Shown in pieces: positions 25,150 to 29,274 of a stretch of DNA of 29,274 nucleotides. Every line of letters starts with the position of its first letter. Within the stretch, counting starts at the first letter, position 1. The notes below the pieces were generated by a model. It was given only the letters and a program-made list of their open reading frames with translations, ran no database searches and had not been told where the DNA came from. A program made the position numbers and the translations under genes. Origin of the DNA: a virus. Location: IMG/VR virus record IMGVR_UViG_3300033990_000324. One strand, given 5' to 3'.

Positions 25150-25623
25150 ATGGCAACGAACGCCGAGATAATGAAGAAACATTCCACCAATCCCAATGCA
25201 GCAGTAGAGCAGATGGATTGTTCTTTAGATAATTTAATGGACGAAGCCAGAGCCGATGAAAGAGAAAAGATAGAAAAGCCCATTATCGAGAATGCTATTG
25301 AAGAAATATATCGTGAATTGCATAACGGAATAAAAACTAAAAAATATAGTGTGAACGAATTGGCTTTTGCCACACGAATACTTGAACGCATAAGAAGAAT
25401 GTGTCTGTTGCAATTTGCTAAATCTCCAAAAGGTTATTTGACGAAAACAGAGAGAGAAAACGAAGCCCGTGCCGACACAACCAAGCAGATATTCAGCGAA
25501 ATAGACAAACTAATGAAAATAGAACTTTTGCGGAGATGGGGCAAAGGCGAAAAAATGAAACAACACGGAGTTATTTGGGTCACGGAGTACCAAAACGTTA
25601 AAAAGAAATACGAGGTAGATTGA
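25150..25623 (+). CDS. Hypothetical helical protein
   Basis: Start moved to ATG 25150; AT-rich codons; EARAD motif occurs twice. Confidence 0.7.
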   Translation: MATNAEIMKKHSTNPNAAVEQMDCSLDNLMDEARADEREKIEKPIIENAIEEIYRELHNGIKTKKYSVNELAFATRILERIRRMCLLQFAKSPKGYLTKTERENEARADTTKQIFSEIDKLMKIELLRRWGKGEKMKQHGVIWVTEYQNVKKKYEVD

Positions 25624-25630
25624 CATGGCA
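25613..25630 (+). repeat. Gene-junction repeat AGGTAGATTGACATGGCA, copy 1
   Basis: Exact 18-mer also at 26834-26851; 17-mer at 26625-26641. Confidence 0.9.
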
Positions 25631-25765
25631 TCCATACTCGCAATCGTAGAAGTAATCGTGGTCGCCTTGATCCTGATAGCGTTCTTCATAGCCTACGCCG
25701 CGCCCTCGCCGCAGAATAGTCCAACTGGCTTTCCGATAAATCCGGGTCCAACGCATAGCGGTTGA
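25625..25765 (+). CDS. Small membrane or secreted peptide, 46 aa
   Basis: MASILAIVEVIVVALILIAFFIAYAAPSPQNSPTGFPINPGPTHSG; starts inside the junction repeat. Confidence 0.65.
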   Translation: MASILAIVEVIVVALILIAFFIAYAAPSPQNSPTGFPINPGPTHSG

Positions 25766-25770
25766 CGAAC

Positions 25771-25914
25771 ATGAACTTAACATATCAGTGTTTCAAAAAC
25801 GTGCATACTACATGTCAGGGTTGGTATTGCAAGTATGAGGAATTAGGCACTTGCGACCACCATGGGGATTGCCAAGTTAAATGCGATTGCGGATGCCATC
25901 ATGAAGAAGAGTGA
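25771..25914 (+). CDS. Cys/His-rich metal-binding peptide, 47 aa
   Basis: MNLTYQCFKNVHTTCQGWYCKYEELGTCDHHGDCQVKCDCGCHHEEE: 8 Cys, 5 His. Confidence 0.65.
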   Translation: MNLTYQCFKNVHTTCQGWYCKYEELGTCDHHGDCQVKCDCGCHHEEE

Positions 25915-25919
25915 TAACC

Positions 25920-26342
25920 ATGACAACGAAAAATGAACCGATGACCAACGACAAAGAACTAACCTACCTAAAGGACACACTCAAATACTCGGGACTCAAT
26001 CCAGAGCAATTACTTACGGTCAATAGAATAGAGTCCTTAGCCCGCGCCTCCGAACGCGCCTCCGAACGCGCCCCCACTGACGATATAAAAAGATTCGTCC
26101 TGAGAGCGCATAACATAGAAATAACAGATGAGGGGTTCGTGTGCAACGATGGTGACATATTCGACGATGTCTGGAGGGCGTTAGAGCACACAATCTGGCT
26201 CGACCTGATGACAAAGAGGATAACAGACGACGGAAAGGAAAGGGATTGCAATGATTATTACGAGATCATAGAAGAAAGGCCAAGCAACCAGAGTAATGTA
26301 GAGGCGGCGAGAGACGATAAACATTGCCAAAAACATTTTTGA
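25920..26342 (+). CDS. Hypothetical protein with a 12-bp tandem duplication
   Basis: GAGTGAT SD-like motif; CGCGCCTCCGAA repeated about 2.5 times at 26043-26072 (ARASERASERA). Confidence 0.65.
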   Translation: MTTKNEPMTNDKELTYLKDTLKYSGLNPEQLLTVNRIESLARASERASERAPTDDIKRFVLRAHNIEITDEGFVCNDGDIFDDVWRALEHTIWLDLMTKRITDDGKERDCNDYYEIIEERPSNQSNVEAARDDKHCQKHF

Positions 26343-26353
26343 CTGGTGTAAAA

Positions 26354-26629
26354 ATGAGCAAATATGCATATCTGATAATAGAAAGCACTGTGGCTACAGT
26401 TAAGGTAGGAGACCTTGTCGTAGATGGCGAGGTAAAGGAGCAAGACCATACTTGGAAAGTTTTAGATATTACGGAAAATGTGCTTACTGCCGAGTATTAT
26501 AGGGGACTCAGATTGTTTGAATGCCCAGAAAAAATTGAGGAGAGGAAGAAACTGATGGACATGATTTTTAGAGCGATGAAAAATGTCGTCAAGGAGAAGG
26601 AAGCAGAAGCGAGCAAGGTAGATTGGTAG
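26354..26629 (+). CDS. Hypothetical protein
   Basis: MSKYAYLII..; ends in the duplicated junction repeat. Confidence 0.65.
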   Translation: MSKYAYLIIESTVATVKVGDLVVDGEVKEQDHTWKVLDITENVLTAEYYRGLRLFECPEKIEERKKLMDMIFRAMKNVVKEKEAEASKVDW

Positions 26630-26641
26630 ATTGACATGGCA
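26616..26641 (+). repeat. Gene-junction repeat copy 2, with tandem GGTAGATT duplication
   Basis: AGGTAGATT-GGTAGATTGACATGGCA. Confidence 0.9.
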
Positions 26642-26839
26642 ACGCAAAACAGAAAACAGGTTGAGCCTGCACATGACATTGCAATGGTAAGAGCAGTCAA
26701 AGTCTTGAGCAAAGATATGCAGAATACAGCGAGGGAAGCTGGCTATAAGCCAGATGATATAGTGTTCATAAGGATAGAAAAGATTGAAGGCAGCATAGTA
26801 GAATGGCTGCGAAAGAAGGGTGTAATAATCAAAAGGTAG
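26636..26839 (+). CDS. Small hypothetical protein
   Basis: 67 aa bounded by junction repeats on both sides. Confidence 0.65.
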   Translation: MATQNRKQVEPAHDIAMVRAVKVLSKDMQNTAREAGYKPDDIVFIRIEKIEGSIVEWLRKKGVIIKR

Positions 26840-26851
26840 ATTGACATGGCA
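26834..26851 (+). repeat. Gene-junction repeat copy 3
   Basis: Exact AGGTAGATTGACATGGCA. Confidence 0.9.
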
Positions 26852-27166
26852 AAATCAAAGATGATGCTGATCGCGGAATTCAATGGGTACGTAGACCGCC
26901 TGCTTGAGGAAAATGCCGCCGCCGGTCTTTCCGCAGGAACGGTGGCCCTTGAAGGGGTGCATACGAAGAAGGAGACAGACGTTTTCATGAAGAACTTCGA
27001 GGACCTGCTCAAAGATTTCAGCGGCGACAAGAATCTGAAGGTCGAACATTTTATCGTGCGAATCTATTGCGCCGACTGCGGTTCAAAATTCAAGACATTC
27101 ATGCAGTTGCAGAAGCATCTGAAAGCGACAGGGCACAGGGACATCCCCAAAGCGGTGAGACAATGA
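26846..27166 (+). CDS. C2H2 zinc-finger protein
   Basis: IYCADCGSKFKTFMQLQKHLKATGH. Confidence 0.85.
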   Translation: MAKSKMMLIAEFNGYVDRLLEENAAAGLSAGTVALEGVHTKKETDVFMKNFEDLLKDFSGDKNLKVEHFIVRIYCADCGSKFKTFMQLQKHLKATGHRDIPKAVRQ

Positions 27167-27405
27167 CCGACGCAACGACTACCGGCCCGACCGCGCTTGA
27201 TGTACTGGTCGGCGTACTGATTGCAGTAGTGGTCGGTGCTTTCGTCGCTTGGATGCTCTCCTTGGCTAATCCGCAATGCAACGCGATAAGGAGCATGACG
27301 TCGAACTTCACGAACATGAACATGACGCTACCGGCCAACGTCCTGGGCGCGTTCAACCAATCGGACGCGCTGCATATCTGCACGCAGGGTGTGAAATATG
27401 GATAA
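27163..27405 (+). CDS. Single-TM membrane protein
   Basis: Start at ATG 27163; TM VLVGVLIAVVVGAFVAWML; sequons NFT, NMT and NQS; two Cys. Confidence 0.7.
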   Translation: MTDATTTGPTALDVLVGVLIAVVVGAFVAWMLSLANPQCNAIRSMTSNFTNMNMTLPANVLGAFNQSDALHICTQGVKYG

Positions 27406-27541
27406 CGCTGCCATGGCATCATCGGGACCCAGGCCACACGGTCGTCTTGCCCGCAGGGGCCTGGGCCCCATCCACTACAGGCTGGCGGTGGGCTTGCTCG
27501 TCGTACTTGCTATAATATGCAAATATTTTGAAAAGTGGTAG
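27398..27541 (+). CDS. Small membrane peptide, 47 aa
   Basis: MDNAAMASSGPRPHGRLARRGLGPIHYRLAVGLLVVLAIICKYFEKW fills the gap. Confidence 0.45.
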   Translation: MDNAAMASSGPRPHGRLARRGLGPIHYRLAVGLLVVLAIICKYFEKW

Positions 27542-27542
27542 A

Positions 27543-28190
27543 ATGAACGAAACACAACACGAATGGGGGAAGAGCGACAGGATATTGAGCGCGAACGACT
27601 ATGCGCTCGGCACGAAAGTGGTAGTGGCGCCGCATGCGTTCTTAGGCCGGAAGGAATACGAATCCGCCGACGGGTCGAAGCAGGAGGGATATGCGTACGC
27701 CGTCAGGTCGGACGATGGCCGCACGAAGGAATTCAGGATCACGCTGAAGAACGAGCGCATCCTCCGCCTGCGTTTCGGGATCAAATCGCCCGAGGAGGTC
27801 GTGGGCGTCGAGCTTACGCTCAACGTGGTGCCGTACACCAGGGGGAACGGCTTCGTGGTGATAGACCTGAAGCGCCCCGCCGCGCAAAACAAGCAAGAGC
27901 CCAAACCAGCCGCGCCAGCGCCCGCGCAGGCCCAGGAGTTCAAGATATCGGACGCCCAAATCGGCGCGGTCAACAAGATAGTAGCCAGCGATCCAGCGGC
28001 TGCGGACTACGTCGCGTATTTCCTGCAGCGCATCGGAGTAAAAGACCTTTACGGCCTGGACAAGGTGCAGGGGTCCGGCCTGATAGGCAGCATAGCGTCG
28101 CTGAAGAACGGCAAACCTGTCGCGCCGGCATACAAGGCCGATCAAGGCTTTCTCGCATGGCTTGCGGGCCAGAAGAGGGTAATCGCATGA
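27543..28190 (+). CDS. Putative ssDNA-binding/recombination protein (beta-barrel plus small helical domain)
   Basis: N-terminal beta-rich OB-like pattern, a Pro/Ala linker and C-terminal ISDAQ..LDKVQGSGLI resembling annealase tail domains; lies next to a nuclease gene. Confidence 0.4.
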   Translation: MNETQHEWGKSDRILSANDYALGTKVVVAPHAFLGRKEYESADGSKQEGYAYAVRSDDGRTKEFRITLKNERILRLRFGIKSPEEVVGVELTLNVVPYTRGNGFVVIDLKRPAAQNKQEPKPAAPAPAQAQEFKISDAQIGAVNKIVASDPAAADYVAYFLQRIGVKDLYGLDKVQGSGLIGSIASLKNGKPVAPAYKADQGFLAWLAGQKRVIA

Positions 28191-28405
28191 TGGAAGAGAA
28201 GTGCCAGGCATGCGGAGCGAAGAGCATGAGGTCGATAAGGATGCGGAACCACTCCAGAGTGAGATACAGATGGGAGTGCGTGCGCTGCGGCGAACTTACG
28301 CCCTACCCGACGGCCAGCGAACAGAACCAGTCGAGAGCCCTGCGTGAAAAGGCGTTGCGTATCAGGTATGAAAAGCGCTCGACGCGCAACAGGAAGACTA
28401 GGTGA
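28187..28405 (+). CDS. Zinc-ribbon protein with a basic tail
   Basis: KCQACG..WECVRCG. Confidence 0.75.
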   Translation: MMEEKCQACGAKSMRSIRMRNHSRVRYRWECVRCGELTPYPTASEQNQSRALREKALRIRYEKRSTRNRKTR

Positions 28406-28409
28406 TCGA

Positions 28410-29078
28410 ATGTTATACCCATATGCGCAGTCGCACATGAGATACGAGGAGAACGGCGTATTGTACCCGAGCGTCACGCAGATCCTGTCGGTCGTGAACA
28501 AGCCGTACCTAGTGGCCTGGGCGAACAAGCTCGGCCTGCAGGGCATAGACAGCAGGAACGTGGCCGTGGAGGCCACGCGCGTCGGCACTCTCACGCACGC
28601 GCTGATCCAGGGCTTCCTTACCGGTGAGGAGGTGTCGACGCAGGGTTACACGGACGCGCAGAAAACGGCCGCTAATACGGCGTTCGCCGGATTCAGGTCG
28701 TGGCACGCGAAGCATGACGTCAAACTGATGTTCTCCGAACTGCCCATTATATCCGCAGAGTTCGGTTATGGCGGCACGATCGACGCGTTGCTTGAGGTGG
28801 ACGGTTCGCTCGCCCTAGTGGATTTCAAGACGAGCAAGGCCATAAGCAGGGATTACATGGTGCAACTGTCCGCATACAGGACCCTGCTCCGAGCCGTGAG
28901 GAAGATGGACCCGGCGAAGTCGATCATCCTGCGCTGCGACAAGGACGTTATCGGCTATTCCACCGCGGAACTCGCAGAAAAGGACTTCGATTTCTACTTC
29001 AGGTACTTCCTCGCTGCGAAAGAGCTGTATAAGCTTATAAAAACCGCAGATTCCATGGTGGTGGAGACTAGGATATGA
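28410..29078 (+). CDS. PD-(D/E)XK exonuclease (phage exonuclease/Cas4-like fold, no Fe-S Cys)
   Basis: YPSVTQIL, GTLTHALI, YGGTIDAL, LVDFKTS, VQLSAY; SD AGGTGATC before ATG 28410. Confidence 0.9.
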   Translation: MLYPYAQSHMRYEENGVLYPSVTQILSVVNKPYLVAWANKLGLQGIDSRNVAVEATRVGTLTHALIQGFLTGEEVSTQGYTDAQKTAANTAFAGFRSWHAKHDVKLMFSELPIISAEFGYGGTIDALLEVDGSLALVDFKTSKAISRDYMVQLSAYRTLLRAVRKMDPAKSIILRCDKDVIGYSTAELAEKDFDFYFRYFLAAKELYKLIKTADSMVVETRI

Positions 29079-29085
29079 GATCCGA

Positions 29086-29131
29086 CGGCCACTGGCAGCG
29101 CGCGGTCCCGCCTTCGCGCTGCCCGTGGCCG
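29086..29131. other. GC-rich stem-loop after the nuclease gene (possible terminator or structured element)
   Basis: CGGCCAC-t-GGCAGCGCG pairs with CGCGCTGCC-c-GTGGCCG: 16 bp, one mismatch, 12-nt loop. Confidence 0.8.
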
Positions 29132-29274
29132 CACAACCATAAGGGATTTGGATGTATCGCAACTATGCGCCGGTCATAATCCTCAAATTGCTGCGGCTGG
29201 ACGATGATGGCGAAAGGCGCGGAGGGGCTCAGCGTGTCGTTTTCGGTCGGCTCGCTAGGCACCAGCCCTCCGCG
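29124..29274 (+). repeat. Terminal direct repeat, right copy
   Basis: Matches 1-151, with 6 substitutions confined to 29250-29265. Confidence 0.97.

Larger units (their letters stand above)
1..29274. mobile_element. Complete circular archaeal virus genome, probably spindle-shaped virus-like
   Basis: Terminal direct repeat; two-hydrophobic-helix capsid-like protein; sequon-rich adhesin with C-terminal TM helices; P-loop ATPase; prim-pol-helicase; archaeal TATA boxes and GGTGA SD motifs; many tiny ORFs with ATGA overlaps; no HK97 capsid, terminase or portal recognised. Confidence 0.85.

Noticed and set aside
24781-25623. 280-aa ORF in the track
   Set aside because: Its 5' part overlaps two better-supported genes in other frames; the real start is ATG 25150.
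26043-26072. 12-bp tandem repeat as a regulatory element
   Set aside because: It is in frame and most simply a slippage duplication within a coding helix.
25613-26851. Junction repeats as a CRISPR array or attC integron sites
   Set aside because: The repeats are too short, the spacers are whole genes of 200-1000 bp, there are no palindromic attC arms and no cas or intI gene is present.
28410-29078. Cas4 or CRISPR association of the nuclease
   Set aside because: It lacks the four Fe-S cluster cysteines and there are no cas genes or arrays; it is a generic phage-type exonuclease.
29086-29222. HDV/theta-like ribozyme (GGTCCCGCC.., ATGGCGAA)
   Set aside because: I could not build the P3/L3 (UYCHCG) and P1.1 pseudoknot; a simple hairpin explains the pairing.

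Overview
The window looks like a complete, circularly closed archaeal virus genome. The unit length is about 29,123 bp, and 1-151 recurs at 29124-29274 with 6 mismatches. It most resembles spindle-shaped (fusello/halspivirus-like) membrane-associated viruses. There are three blocks. (1) + strand 172-6622: membrane proteins, a P-loop ATPase, an intact small serine recombinase and an adjacent catalytically eroded tyrosine recombinase. (2) - strand 6597-24638: a virion module (sequon-rich adhesin, small basic protein, KGQ pilin-like protein, 1592-aa giant protein, two-helix major capsid protein), then a candidate prepilin (A24, GxGD-type) peptidase and an AglB/STT3-like GT-C glycosyltransferase, small regulators, an HNH nuclease and a prim-pol/zinc-finger/helicase replicase. 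(3) + strand 24785-29078: an AT-richer array of small genes joined by a repeated AGGTAGATTGACATGGCA junction, then a possible ssDNA-binding protein and a PD-(D/E)XK nuclease. The most notable hypothesis is a virus-encoded capsid maturation system, in which a class III signal peptidase and an oligosaccharyltransferase-like enzyme sit directly upstream of a pilin-like capsid gene. All family calls come from manual motif recognition, not database searches. No CRISPR array, tRNA, rRNA or reverse transcriptase was seen.
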